64,000 nt of DNA from Phoronis australis (Eukaryota; Animalia; Phoronida): NCBI GenBank assembly GCA_002633005.1, contig NMRA01000263.1, positions 203,389 to 267,388 on the forward strand, written 5' to 3'. Shown piece after piece: positions 1-12,799 of the stretch (positions within the stretch are counted from its first letter, which is position 1; each line of letters opens with the position of its first letter). Below the pieces are notes generated by a model, which had not been told where the DNA came from, ran no database searches, and worked only from the letters and a program-made list of their open reading frames with translations. The translations under genes were made by a program, and so were the position numbers.

Positions 1-484
1 ATTACTCTGCAACACCATTACTCTGCAACACCATTACTCTTCAACACCATTACTGTACAACACCATTACTGTGCAACACCATTACTGTGCAACACCATTA
101 CTCTGCAACACCATTACTCTGCAACACCATTACTCTGCAACACCATTACTGCGCAACACCATTACTGCGCAACACCATTACTGCGTAACACTATTACTCT
201 ACAACACTCTTACTCTACAACACTATTACTGTACAACACTATTACTTTACAACACTATTACTTTATAACACTATTATTGTACATTACTATTACTCTACAA
301 CAGTCTTACTCGACAACACTATTAGTGTACAACACCATTACTGTATAACACCATTACTGTTCATTACTATAGTATTGCTCTAAAACACTTTTACTGTGCA
401 ACACTTTTACTGTACAACACTATTAATCTACAGCACTAATACTCTGTAACACTATTACTCTGCAACACTATAATTGTGCAACAC
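1..484. repeat. 16-bp minisatellite (ATTACTCTGCAACACC)n, about 30 copies, degenerating rightwards
   Basis: Direct tandem periodicity; explains the repetitive ORF 71..268. Confidence 0.95.
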
Positions 485-1035
485 TGGTCCAAATTTTCTT
501 TTTCTTTCCTCCAGTGGACAAAGTTATTTATACAAGACAGAGCTCAACACTTAATAGTAGTTTGATGACTACTGTACAGCACAGTGGCACATTTTGCTTA
601 AATGTAAGATTAACTGTTGGATGATTTAATTCCTTGGGTCAAAAATTTACAATATAGTTGACATTCCAAATCTCTAGTGGTACACTATCATGCGAAAAGG
701 TCATGAAAAGGTGTAGAAATGAAGATGTGTGCTTGTAACTCGATATAAGGAAAGTGAGGCTCAGCTTTTATTACTTAGTATTTTATGGATAGGGTCTGTC
801 GAATGGATAGGGTTCCTCAAAGGGATAGGTTCCTCAGCAGCATGTCATTTTCACAGCATTTGAGTAGCTTCATTCACTGTCATCATTTAATATTACTACA
901 GTATTAATACTAGGTGTGCGAAATTTTAATATTTTTGTTAAGACCCGAGTTGTGCATAACATGACAAAAATCTTAGGGTATTTTATTTAACATCTAACTG
1001 CTTGAGTTTTGGCATATTCTGATCGAACATCTATT

Positions 1036-1179
1036 ATTGTCGACAATACTGTCATTAGATACGCTGAAAATGATGTACAGAGGTTACGAACATTAGAGTC
1101 GCTTCTAATAATGTTTGAAAAACCCAGTTTGAACGAGCAGCTAACTGGAACTCATAGGACTCTTTCGTTATTTTGGTGA
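1036..1179 (+). mobile_element. Penelope-like retroelement fragment (C-terminal GIY-YIG endonuclease region)
   Basis: Translates IVDNTVIRYAENDVQRLRTLESLLIMFEKPSLNEQLTGTHRTLSLFW*, with the LE-x-L-x-I-x4-P-x-LN motif of PLE GIY-YIG domains; near-identical to 3871-4008. Confidence 0.75.
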
Positions 1180-1304
1180 TCTATAGATTATGTTGCACAG
1201 TAATGTATGTATATTAACTTGTTCACAGTGAAACGCACATCAGAAATGACAAATGCAATATATCATGTGAAGTTGGCATGCGCAACTATGATGATAAAAA
1301 CATA

Positions 1305-1480
1305 CCGTAAACGTTCGGGTTAACGCCCTGGGCGGTTAAATTGGCAAACTCAAAAAATGGGGGGTGGGCGGTTAACCAAACATGGGCGCTTAAACGTGAA
1401 ATTTCAAGAAATCCAGGGTGGGCGGTTAACTGAACATGGGGGCTTATTATTACGACAGACAACCGCCCTGGGTGGTTAAT
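1305..1480. mobile_element. Terminus of a Tc1/mariner(pogo)-like non-autonomous DNA transposon
   Basis: TA|CCGTAAAC start followed by repeated GGGCGGTTAA/GGGCGCTTAA subterminal motifs, same style as the ends of 18722-20098; the other end was not found. Confidence 0.55.
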
Positions 1481-2585
1481 CTTACCTCATCATCAGAGTA
1501 CCACACGACACACGTACTCGGAACGCGTAGAACTTTTCAAAGAGCTTAATCGTCAAGTCGCCAAATGCCGCTAAAAGTGTCATAACAACGAACGATCCCA
1601 AGAATTGTTTTTTTGCCCTCAGATTAGTCAATCACAATTAAATTTGCAAAATTGGTGAGTAATAGCCCTGTGTCGACCTGCGATCTTACTAGAGCTGTAG
1701 TATGCAGACGACCAGTAACAATAACTTGGATTGCAACTATTCTCACACCATGACACTTTAGAAATGCGCGCGTGCGGGCACGAGCTTCACGTGTTGCAGA
1801 GGTCACAGCAGACATCAAGTTTATGGTGCTAGCTGTCAAGTTCCTAGTCAAAGACCAGTTTTAAAATAAATGATATAATAAAAGTTTGAAAAACAAAATA
1901 ATTCAAGTGTTTTTTGTTGTTGGGATGTTTATGTAGGAGATTAGATTAGATTAGATTAGACTCCATGACTCATTTTCAACGTATGGTTCTGCGGCTAGCT
2001 GTTTTATCTCGACCGCCCGGCGTTGCCCACTTCCAGTTGCGTGAAACATGCCACGCAAAGAAGATGAGAATCGGGGGGGTAACCGGACATGAGCCAGTCA
2101 TCAATCAAAAGTTACCTCAAAGGCAATACTCAAAATCAAGCATTTGCTTAAGATTTTATTTTAAAATTACTAACACTATGACTGGGCATGAATCTAGTGA
2201 GCGCGTACACTAGAGTCCAAGAAAAAAATTACTAGTTCGTACACGTATCTGCGTCGGTAAAAAACAATTCGTAGATGTAGCCCCAATTCTTCTTTAACTG
2301 GCATCCGTGGTTTGCACGGCTATACGACTAAATTGGTGAAGAGCTTCAACCAGCAACGCGTCCCTTCCGAGTCAGTGTTTTGCAACCGAGACTCCGTGCT
2401 CAGCATAACGAACTTCAGGTCGCATTGGCGACATGAAATTTGGAAATGCGAGCTGAGATTATAGCCGTCTTGTACCTGCCACTGGGAAATTCCAACCTAC
2501 GCGAGCCGTTTTTTTTGGGGGGGTAAAATAGATAGGCTTACCTGGCAAAGATAAAACAACTCAAAAAACACATTTATTTTACACA

Positions 2586-2669
2586 CAATATGTACAGATT
2601 ATCCTATTATAATATCACCTACAGCAATATGTACAGATTATCCTATTATAATATCACCTACAGCAATAT
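2586..2669. repeat. 39-bp perfect tandem duplication
   Basis: CAATATGTACAGATTATCCTATTATAATATCACCTACAG x2 plus a partial copy. Confidence 0.9.
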
Positions 2670-3782
2670 CGCACTGCGGCACTGGTGGGTCCCGCTGTTT
2701 GCGTGCAATATGCCGTCACTAGACTTGGAAATGTCGTCAAGTAATTTAACAGCCTTTTTCAGTATGGGTCTTGTTTTATGTGACAAAAGACAGTGGCTAG
2801 ATTCAGCACGCGCGTACGTATGAGTCACCTGTCAATCACATATGTTGTTGTCAAGGTACGATCCACTCCAGAGTGTGGGAACTTACACCCGTGTACCACT
2901 TCAGAGATCCCACATCAAAAGAGAACAGCGACAGCCCTACGTAAAGGAGTACACCAGCGCGACTCTGTACTTTAAAGCTGTTGTTACAAAAAACCCAGTG
3001 TTTTACGATATTCCTCCATTTCAATGACTCAAAACTACGATGTTAAATCCGTTCCAATCTTTCCCGGCTCGATGATCCTTGGACCCGATGTTCCATGCCC
3101 GTATCTAACTGCATGCACGTCATTACCACTTCCGCCAATTTTCAATCAGTTACGTCATAGATGTCTCAGACTCGAATGGTAAGAATTTTGTTCAGGCTGA
3201 AACTGCCCAATGTAGAAACAAAAATATTCGGGAAGCTAAAAGGCTAGGTGGATACGATAATTCACAGTTACACCTGTCGCAAGAAATCGTACTATAAAGA
3301 ACTGCCAGTGACTTTGGCGGAATCTGCTAACGCCACCTTGTCTGAGATGTAATAAGCGAAAAACAAAATTTGACTTGCAGTTTTTTCTTTCTTCAAGATG
3401 ATACACAAACATCAAGTAACGTATTGCCAACCTTTGAATTCAGAAATGGAGATATAGCAAATCGGCCAGCAAGGTACATTGTCCGTTTGGTCACTACACG
3501 TCCTTGATAACCTGGCAATTACATTCATCAAAATAGGGAGAATTTGACATCTTTCAGTGAGTTATGGAAATTCTTCAAAATACGAGAGCTTCCTACCAAG
3601 AGCAAATTGTGCTGGTTGTTAAAACCACTGTCACATTTCTCTGGCCCGATTTTTTTAGAATATATGTTTTATCTGGTGCACAATATTGGTCGTGAGAAGG
3701 TCCGCACTGTTGCTTTATGAGTTTACGAATGTTTTCGACCTCATCAGAAGCAAAATTACATTGGGCACACAGTGTGTTCCTT

Positions 3783-4008
3783 GTCACAGCGACTTTCAAT
3801 GCATTTGCATAATGGTTCCATAAAAGACCATTTTCAAAGCGTTCATGGTCGCAAAATAACTCGTCAGGAGATTGTCGACGATACAGTCATTAGATACACT
3901 GAAAATGATGTACATACTAGGTTACGAACATTAGAGTCGCTTCTAATAATGTTTGAAAAACCCAGTTTGAACAAGCAGCTTACTGGAACTCGAAGGTCTC
4001 TTTCATTA
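3783..4008 (+). mobile_element. Penelope-like retroelement fragment (GIY-YIG endonuclease C-terminal half)
   Basis: SQRLSMHLHNGSIKDHFQSVHGRKITRQEIVDDTVIRYTENDVHTRLRTLESLLIMFEKPSLNKQ shows the RL..H, H....H and LE.L.I....PSLN pattern of PLE endonucleases. Confidence 0.8.
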
Positions 4009-5111
4009 TTATTATCACAAATTATAAACATATCCTTCAAATACCAATCAAAATTTTAATTTCAACAAACTTGACAAAAATTACGGAGAGCTGTGTTTTA
4101 AGTACGCAAACACACGCCCTAATAATACAGCGACCTAAGTCATGAATGAGCCGTTCCTATAATAAACATTATACTACGCCAAACACGATTATCCTAACCC
4201 CCTGGGTCTAACTGTGTCAGATATTGTCAATATAAGCAAATAAAATCGTTCAAGTTTATAATTATGATATTCTTTTGTTAATTCAATTAAATATTGTCAA
4301 GTAATTCTCTTCTTTAACCCAGCATCTTGTGATCATCTGGTGAACCTACTGCCATTAGTACAAGTAGCAGAAGGCAGTTGCTGAGTCGCTCGCTCGCTCA
4401 CCTACACTATGCAGCCTGACAGTCTTGCCTGTTGGTCTGTTAATTCGTTGTTTGATGTTAAATTTGTTCCATTTGTTAATTGGGTTAAAAATGCTGTTAT
4501 TTTACGTGGAATGAAACACACTTTATGAGTTGAAGTTTCTTCGCAATTATGCGACATCATACTGATGCAGTAGCTTAGTTCTCTGAAGATTCATGTAAAT
4601 GGGCATCTTAGAAATAGTTTGCGCAATCTTTGTCCTCGTTTAAATCAGCTTTCGTATCACGTATCTTGTTATAATAAGCCACAATTATCATCAATTTCAT
4701 TATATAACATATATGGACCAAATAGAGTTGATTGATTACAACAAGATGATTCAGCGGTATTAACTTGATTTATTTTAACTTGAAGTTGATTTCTGAATGA
4801 TTTAATTAACACTGTGTGGAACGTAGAAGGAAGATTACTAATATCACTGTCGATGTTATTGTTATAAGTATTTGTAGAGAATGTGTGTTTTGGATCAGCC
4901 TCTATACTAATATCGAACAACTGTGTTCAGTGATCTTCATTAATGAATGCAATAAAGTCACGGGATTTCAAGTCAACCATTCAAGAAGATCATCCAGTAT
5001 ATTTAAACTTCCTAATGCTTGCTGTGCCTGTCAACTACCCAAGAAAGTCATAAGTATAGTTCAACTCATTTGTTGACCAAATCGTCAGTACTATAGTGGT
5101 ATTTAATTGCT

Positions 5112-5226
5112 TTAAGCTTTAACCTATGATTTAAAATATTAGCATGACATATATAAGCTTTAACCTATGATATAGAATATTAAAATAACATGTATAAGCT
5201 TCAACCTATGATATAAAATATTAACA
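5112..5226. repeat. ~41-bp tandem repeat x3 (TAAGCTTTAACCTATGAT...)
   Basis: Direct periodicity. Confidence 0.85.
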
Positions 5227-6937
5227 TTTACTCGCAATTCCAATGTTAGTATGCCAATGCTCAATAGACGTTTTGAGAACCAGAACTTTCTTCTGTTACT
5301 ATGTAGTCAACTGCTTAGTGTGGCCTAGTGCCAGTCTCCAGTATGGAAGTTGACGGTGCAACACATGTATAAAGTATGTAACTGTTATAGGTGGGTCAGC
5401 AACATTTGTGTGCCGTACTTTTATTTAGAAATCATCAAGGACTGACTGCTATTAGCAAACATTGAATCTTTTAGTATTTAATGAACTTAAAGCCTGAACG
5501 TGACTGTCACTGGACATGACAGGCTGGGTGGATGAAGATGAAATGCAATTCCTTCATTTGTTCATACTTTGTGACTTAGGCTTTACTTGAGTCGTGAATG
5601 CCCTACTGCACANGCAGTGATGTGATGTAAAGCCCCAGTGTACAGTGGCACTTTAAATCTCTCTCTCCATGACATGTGAAGTGTGCATGGCTCTCAACAG
5701 TTGTCCAGCTCAACGTTGATCACACTCTTGTGACAAACCACATTAGTGAAGTTGTTCAGTTCCTTGTAGCAGTTTGTGCATTTTTTACCCTGAGCTCCAG
5801 GAAATCGGGTATCAAAACCCTTAGGTTGCAGTCCTTCATCAGCTGTGGGCTGATCTGTTGTTTACAGGCTTGCTTAAGAGCTGATCTTGTCTGATCATAA
5901 ATGTTGCTTAACAACTTAGGTCTAATTTAAACCTAAAGTATTGACAAAAAATTATGACGTTTTTCAACAAGAAAATTTAACACGGTTGTGTTTCAGAACT
6001 GAAATCCTAACTAGCAGCATGTTACACACTTTGACTTGCTGACGGCTGATTATTTTTTCACCCCATATAGTTTGTAGATCTCCCTAATACAATAGACGGG
6101 TTCATTGGGTAGTGGGAACGTGCATGGCTTGTGAGTAAGTGTTGAGGTAACAGGCTGTAACTGTTATCTCACCATGGTCCTTCTATCAGGAACAGGCTAT
6201 GAGTATGTAATGAACATGTGATGCATTGTGTAGTGGGGATGGGTATGGCTTGTCAGTAAGTCTTGAGGTGATAGATTGTAGCTGTTACCTCATCGCGGTC
6301 TTTCATTCACAAACAGGCTATGAATATGTGATGCATTGTGTAATTTTCTGAGCAATAATTGCTATGAATGCTTTTAATTAGTATTTCCTTTATTGATGTT
6401 GGGAATGAAAATGTGAATCTTGAAAAGTTGAATTACAATAGTGAGTAATTTGAGTTTGATGACAATTAAGAGTTAAAACTAATGTTTGAAGTGCATGCAT
6501 TAAAGCATGCGAGGAAAGGTCCACATACAATCAGTTTGCACTGCAAAAGCCTGCTCCATTGCTGTACCTGCCGCTTTGCATTGTGGGTAACTTCCCATAA
6601 GATGTACATCTATGTATATGGTATAATCAATATGTCTGGCAAGTGAAATTTTATGTTTTCAATTTTGTAATAAAAGATAAGTTAAACAAACTAAGTGCTG
6701 TAGATAGTATGCCATAGCTACCTTAGCATAATATTTCTGAAAAATTGTGTACATTCAAGACAATGTTAGAAGCCTTGGAAAATGAAAAACGACCAATTTT
6801 GGCAGGTATTTTTGTCTGCCATTGGCAAAGTTTTGTAGTACTTTTGTTTCTTACATCACAATTAAATGATTAGCAGGTAATGAGTAAAGTTTCATGGAAT
6901 GTTAGAATAATGGCTGTCATTGTTTCCTGTTGGTCAG

Positions 6938-7130
6938 AGCCTGTCTGGTCGCCAGTATCCGGTCGTCTGGAGCGTCTCAGAGCACCATCAAGTTGGTGGC
7001 GACCAACCTGATTGCCAGCAGTAAGCTATCGGAAGGTGTACAGTTGTTGTGTCTTATTGACAAAGGTCTGGATGCTTGCCGCTATCTGCAGACCTATGGC
7101 ATGTGGTACAAGGCGGCTTGGTTAGCAAAG
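6938..7130 (+). CDS. WDR11: WD repeat-containing protein 11, internal coding exon (upstream exons lie outside the window)
   Basis: tcag|A GCC...GCA AAG|gtatgt; (R)ACLVASIRSSGASQSTIKLVATNLIASSKLSEGVQLLCLIDKGLDACRYLQTYGMWYKAAWLAK matches the WDR11 C-terminal region as recalled (SQSTIKLVATN...EGVQLLCLIDK..DACRYLQTYG). Confidence 0.95.
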
Positions 7131-7518
7131 GTATGTTGTGAATAATGTCTCTTATGAGTTGTTAGAGGCATTCTAGAGAAACTGTCTGGTGGTCTGACTC
7201 ATCAACAGTGTCAGGATCCGAGACAATGAGAAATTGGCCAATTGAGTGACATCCTTTTTTTCAATTTCATGCGTTGTGACTAGGTCAATTTCTTGTCAAA
7301 TCACGAGTAAAGTTTGTTTGTATCGGCCATTTGATTTACAAGTTTTGCTTAGAGTTCTCTATTCCAACAACTTATAATTGAGCTACTGGAGATGGTTCAT
7401 CCTTATTGACATTAAGTATGTAGTTTACATATAGTGATTTGTGGCATGCAGCTAAAGGTGTATGTGTTATCACTGTATGTTGTCCATGTTGTGGTGTGTC
7501 ATGCTAAGCTGTAACTTA

Positions 7519-7940
7519 TGTGTAATGGACAGGGTGCAGCCTGGCAGTGAGTGAAATGGACAGGGTGCAGTCCTGCAGTGTGTGTAGTGGACAGGGTGCA
7601 GCCTGGCAGTGTATGTATTTAATGGACAGGGTGCAGCCTGGCAGTGAGTGAAATGGACAGGGTGCAGTCCTGCAGTGTGTGTAGTGGACAGGGTGCAGCC
7701 TGGCAGTGTATGTATTTAATGGACAGGGTGCAGCCTGAAAGTGTGTGTAATAGACAGGGTGCAGCTTGGCAGTAGGTTTGTGTAATGGACAGGGTGCAGC
7801 CTGGCAGTGTGTGTAATAGACAGGGTGCAGCCTGGCAGTGTGTGTAGTAGACAGGGTGCAGCCTGGCAGTGTGTGTAATGGACAGGGTGCATCCTGGCAG
7901 TGTGTGTAATAGACAGGGTGTAGCCTGGCAGTGTGTGAAA
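7519..7940. repeat. 31-35-bp intronic minisatellite (TGTGTAATGGACAGGGTGCAGCCTGGCAGTG)n, about 13 copies
   Basis: Tandem periodicity with a duplicated block of three variant units; explains ORFs 7516..8001 and 7619..7960. Confidence 0.95.
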
Positions 7941-8579
7941 TGAAGAGTATTATAAAGCAAATGGAGGTGTGTTCAGATTGATTGTTGTCACTAGAAGTCA
8001 CTCATAAAAATTTTCCTCCCTAAAAGGTCATCGTATGATCAGTGAAGTGCGCATTCATATTGCATAGTGGCAGAGAATTATTGAAAATAATTAAAACTGT
8101 GGTGGTAAAATAATGCTGGCAGACAACATACTGAATAGGGTTATGAAGACAGCCAGTTAGTGTTATTGTAAGAATTAAATTCTTGATAATTACAATTATT
8201 TTATTTTCATTCACCCACACACATATGCTTTGATGCACCATTACTGTTACATGTTTTTGGTGTTCATATATTTATCTGAAGATTGATCATTTCTCTCAAA
8301 AGAATGATCAGTAACACTTGACGCTGATACAACCTTTGAAATGTGAAACTTTACAAACGAGACATCTTCTGTACTTGGAATAGTGAACACTTATTTTAAT
8401 GAGATAATAAAAGGATTTCACTTGAAATCACTGGAGTCCCATAAACACAGTAGTAACAAAGTTTGTGAATTGAGAGCTAAAATTATTTAGCAGGATGATT
8501 TCTAGTGTTGGAAGTCAATCCAGTGAGCGAAGTTGTAGAGCTATTTCTGTGGTGACTAAAGTTTGTCTATCTGTTGCAG

Positions 8580-8660
8580 GCATCCCTTAGTTACTCAGAG
8601 TGCTCAGAGGTTATGAAACGTTGGGTGGATCATCTGTGCACACCAAATGTCAACCAGAAG
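8580..8660 (+). CDS. WDR11: WDR11 coding exon (81 nt)
   Basis: ttgcag|GCA...CAG AAG|gtatgg; ASLSYSECSEVMKRWVDHLCTPNVNQK, phase 0/0, continues the previous exon. Confidence 0.93.
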
Positions 8661-9191
8661 GTATGGACGCTTGCATGGGTAACAGTGGTGTATGTGTAAT
8701 TGTTACTGGCAATCCATTCATCTTCAAGTAATACTGTTGCCATATCAAATGGTAGACTTACAGGCATCGATAGGTTAATCTCGTTATATGTACAAAATAG
8801 CATAAGTTTAAAAATCCTTATCAGGCACCCAAAGTAGAACTGTGTTGTAAAAGGGAATTATATCAGCCGATTAGTTAATTGTTCAGTTTACAGGCAATTA
8901 CAAATTGATATTGTGGAGATACTGGTAGATGAGGTAACCTTTGCTGGTAATTCATTCCTGTAAGAATGTGTAGTTTTCAATTAACATTTATGTTTAAGTG
9001 ACAGGCTCTAAGTCATGGTAACCAATTAGAATGGAAAAACTGTTGTGGGATCGATTATAAAATTAATGCAACTTTCAAATTTTTTAATACGAGACATTCC
9101 TCTAAAATAAACAGGATCGTTTCTCCTCCTCCTGTTGTTTGCTGCACAGTAGATAAACACGGCGTCATTCTGGGGCTTCTTGTCATTTCAG

Positions 9192-9336
9192 AGTAAAGCT
9201 GTGCTGATCCTGTTGTCTCTGGGTCAGTTCTACAAAGTGGTCGAGATGCTGTATGGAATGCATCAGTTTGACAGAGCAGCACTCTTCTTAGAGTCTTGTC
9301 TAGAGTTCAAACTTATACAGAGAACAGATGAGTCTT
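9192..9336 (+). CDS. WDR11: WDR11 penultimate coding exon
   Basis: tttcag|AGT AAA...; SKAVLILLSLGQFYKVVEMLYGMHQFDRAALFLESCLEFKLIQRTDES; ends in phase 1 at T|gtatccttt. Confidence 0.93.
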
Positions 9337-10893
9337 GTATCCTTTAGTAGTTCACTTTTTCCTGCTTTCACACCATAGAAATTTAATTTGCATCTCAGCG
9401 TCATATCATGAAACACGGCAGGTGTGCCTCTGTACTACCTAAAATTGAGTCCAGTGAGTAACTGCTAAGATTTTCTACATTTTATTTTACACAGTGCTTG
9501 CACAATGTTGATTTGCTAAGCAGAATGTCTTACTAACTGAGTTAAAACATGTATAACATGTATAACACTGTTTCCATTTGACAATAAGTGCTAAGGACCA
9601 ATGTGTGATTTAGATAAACTGAGCCTTTGTCTACACTGCATGACAGACCTTAGAAATCTCTGACATTAATTAGTCTAGTAATGCAGAATAAAGAAGATTG
9701 AAATTGTATAAAGGCCAAGTGAAGACAGTTTTGATGCTTTGTGCAACACGATCAATCATTTTGGTTTGGATATTATATTATATATCTTGCTAAAAATGGG
9801 AGAGACATGGTTTAAAAAGCATTTTTGTTTGAGATCCGTGTTTGACAAGTAAAACGACATCATAATTGTCATTATCACTGGATGTCCTCTATGCTGTGCA
9901 AAACACTTTCAAATCCTTTTTTACAATGTTTTTCAGACAATCTGTTGAAGTGAGGAAATGATCAAGATAACTGGTGACATTGACAATTAATTATTTTGCT
10001 CAAGATCAAAGCTTGCACCAAATTTTAGAACTAGGAAATACTGGCCGTTCCAAGTTTAAGAATTACTATCCATGACAAAACATCCTTCACCTCGATGGTA
10101 CATACTATAGATATGCATGAAAAGGAAACTGCCAAGTCTATTTTCAGTTGGTAAAAAACGCTGTGTCCGATATTTGAGAAATATAATGGTTGCCAAAATT
10201 GCCCATGTCCCAATTTTTACAATAAAAAAATCAATTTTGACTTGATTTTGAATGTTCCAAGTTTTAGAGACTGGAGATTTTACCGATATATATGTTTTAA
10301 AGAAATGCTCATCAACACTTTATTACGTAGGTTGCTGGCTGTCTGTTGCTATCTTTAAATTACAACAGTGCTAATTAACACTTGATCACGTAAGTTGCTG
10401 CTTGTCACTTTAAAACATATTGCTTCGTTGGACTGCAGCCAACAGCTAAATATGGATCGTATTTGTGAGAAAACAGCATTTGCTTCTAATACGCTTTTGT
10501 CTGCAGTTTTCTACAATCTGTAGATTTTTCGATATTCTGATTTCTGTGAAAGAAGCTTTGAAGGCTAAAGGTATAAAATGTTACTCTGTGGATTGTGACA
10601 AAACTGCCACAGACTGTGAAACAACCAGTAAGGGGAATGATGACATGCACAGCAGTTTGGACTGTGGATTCTCTCTTGTTAGGCCCGAATTCCTATCCCT
10701 GTATTGACTGTCATATTACAAGCATTGTACTAATGGTCTGTTGCCTCCTTGTGCTCAGGTAGGGAGGGAATGTTGTGTGTGTGTGATCAGCGCCCTCTTG
10801 GAAAGCAGTGGTCTACACTTTTAATCATGTAATAAAAGTTGTAATAGACAGCTTTGTTGCCTATCAAATATTTGTTTCCTTGACTTAACACAG
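9337..10893 (+). other. U12-type (minor spliceosome) GT-AG intron of WDR11
   Basis: 5' site GTATCCTTT; branch site TTTCCTTGAC at 10875-10884, close to the AG at 10892-10893 with no polypyrimidine tract; splicing preserves the frame. Confidence 0.9.
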
Positions 10894-11075
10894 CTCCTCT
10901 CATTGATGCTGTGTTTCTTGAATACGCGCGTCTCATGTGCTCGTTGCAGCTGTCTAGTGCTGCAAGATACTACTGTACACAGGCCGGCCAGAAGGGGGCA
11001 CTGTTTGCCAAGGAAGTAGACATTATTTTCAGTGGAGGTGATGATGCGTCAACCAAAACGGAGCAAGATGTCTGA
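10894..11075 (+). CDS. WDR11: WDR11 last coding exon
   Basis: (S)PLIDAVFLEYARLMCSLQLSSAARYYCTQAGQKGALFAKEVDIIFSGGDDASTKTEQDV*, TGA at 11073-11075; resembles the WDR11 C-terminus (LI.A...YAR...AG..G). Confidence 0.9.
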
Positions 11076-11493
11076 ACAAGATTATTTTTTGCTTGTCAAA
11101 TCTTTGGTTATGATTTTTCAAATTATTGTAAAATTCCTTAATTGTCATTTTATTCTCATGCAAAAATTTGTGTTTTTTTTCTGTAACTTTAAAACATTTG
11201 AAAATATGTGGTGATCAGTAAAATGCATTTCAATAGTATAGATCATTTTGGAAGTTCATGGCAAGTGATCCAGACATGCGTGTGTCATACTAGTGCTAGC
11301 CACAAAGACAAGCTCAGCACATTATGGAAGTTTGTCTGTATGAAGATTTTTTCTCTTCAATGAAAAAATGTTGTAACGTTTCTCAGTGTCTTGAGTCAAT
11401 TGTTAACACTACAAGTTGTGTTGTACTTGCCTTTGTAATAATGTTCATTTGAGGGCAATTGAAGTTTTTGAATCATCAAAATTTATGTTTGTT

Positions 11494-11499
11494 AATAAA
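11494..11499 (+). terminator. Candidate polyadenylation signal of WDR11
   Basis: AATAAA about 420 nt after the stop, followed by T/GT-rich sequence. Confidence 0.5.
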
Positions 11500-12036
11500 T
11501 TATTACCTACATACCTTCAGTTTATCTTTTGAATGTTGGTTTCATTGTGCAAAATATAAAATTTACAAATAACTGGTGTTATTGGTGTTTTTAAACTTGG
11601 AAATTTAATATTGAACATCCATGTTTTACACTCTATGACTGCAGGGAGTCAGAAACATTAGCACATCAAACTAGTTCACAGACCTTTAAAATGTGACTCT
11701 GAAACTGTGCTTTCTTATGTCCGATAAATGTCAGGCATACTGTTCAATTTTGCTAATTTTGGACAACAAAATACAAAATTGTCTCTTTCAATGTTTTAAA
11801 AGGGCTTCTAGTATTTTTCTGAATGCCTGCATACATAATTCTGTACAATATACTGTATGTATTGCATTTTGAAAAAATACGCGAGGGTTGACACTTAATT
11901 TCTGTAAAAAGGTATTGTGTAATTGAAAGTCGTAATTTGTCAAATATTCAACTGTCATTCGAAGTATTCTAGACCTTGTTAGGAGACCTTGTTGGGAGTG
12001 TCGTGACATTTCAGCTCAATTCTGCCATCTTTAATG

Positions 12037-12190
12037 AAATATTAATAGCAGAACATCATAGCGTGTAATATTAATAGCAGAACATCATAGCGTGTAATAT
12101 TAATAGCAGAACATCATAGCGTGTAATATTAATAGCAGAACATCATAGAGTGTAATATTAATAGCAGAACATCATAGCGTGTAATATTAA
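12037..12190. repeat. 29-bp tandem repeat x5 (AATATTAATAGCAGAACATCATAGCGTGT)
   Basis: Near-perfect copies. Confidence 0.95.
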
Positions 12191-12799
12191 GCATTCTGCT
12201 CTATACACTTTTGGTGCAGTTTTTGCCTAAAAATACCTTGTTACCTAGGAAACCTTAGTTTGTATTGTCTCTATGTGTTACTATGGTTTCAATGTCCCAT
12301 GAATATATTACAAATTACACAATACCAAATTTTTTGTAGAGCTTTTCGAAGCCATCTACATTCCTTTTTTATCTTTCATGATGGAAAATTCTGTTTAGTA
12401 GAAAGTAATACTTCTCTTGTTTTGTTATGATTTTGATTTTTTGTTAAAGCTGCATTTTGCTTTGCTAAGCTGGTTTAAAAAATACAAAAATCAAGTTCAC
12501 AATTTTACTCTCATAAAATCAGTCTCAAAATAACTCTTGCTGTGTTAGAACATCAAAACCAAAAACAAACGCTTTACAGTTTATAGAGGTTAGCCAATCC
12601 TAAAATTGTGAATTCAAAAATGGCACACATATGCGTTGCTTGTGACTCAAAAAAATAACAGGAATGGAATCTGTCACGGTAAGATAACTTTTAAGAGAGT
12701 AAAAGAATCGTTGACTTTTACTTTTAGCCTGGGTGGAATACAGCTTTAACCTATGGTTATTCTGAACAGGCTTAACTGTGAAAAACGGTTGTAAGATGT

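Noticed and set aside
71-268. 65-aa repetitive ORF
   Set aside because: Translation of the 16-bp minisatellite
495-570. Strong pyrimidine tract plus AG as a candidate upstream WDR11 exon
   Set aside because: No frame resembles the expected WDR11 sequence (GQTDRAVQLLLE...) and stops follow quickly
4630-5076. Possible LINE endonuclease relic on the - strand (NELNYTYDFLG)
   Set aside because: A single weak motif among multiple stops; cannot be supported by eye
7516-8001. Cys/His-rich ORFs resembling metal-binding proteins
   Set aside because: Antisense translation of an intronic minisatellite; no splice signals or start context
12037-12190. 29-bp repeats, superficially CRISPR-like
   Set aside because: Head-to-tail with no unique spacers, eukaryotic context, no cas genes
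12240-12253. RFX X-box-like GTTACCTAGGAAAC (also GTTGCTAGGTAAC at ~25372)
   Set aside because: Not near the WDR11 promoter, and such palindromes recur in repeat relics here
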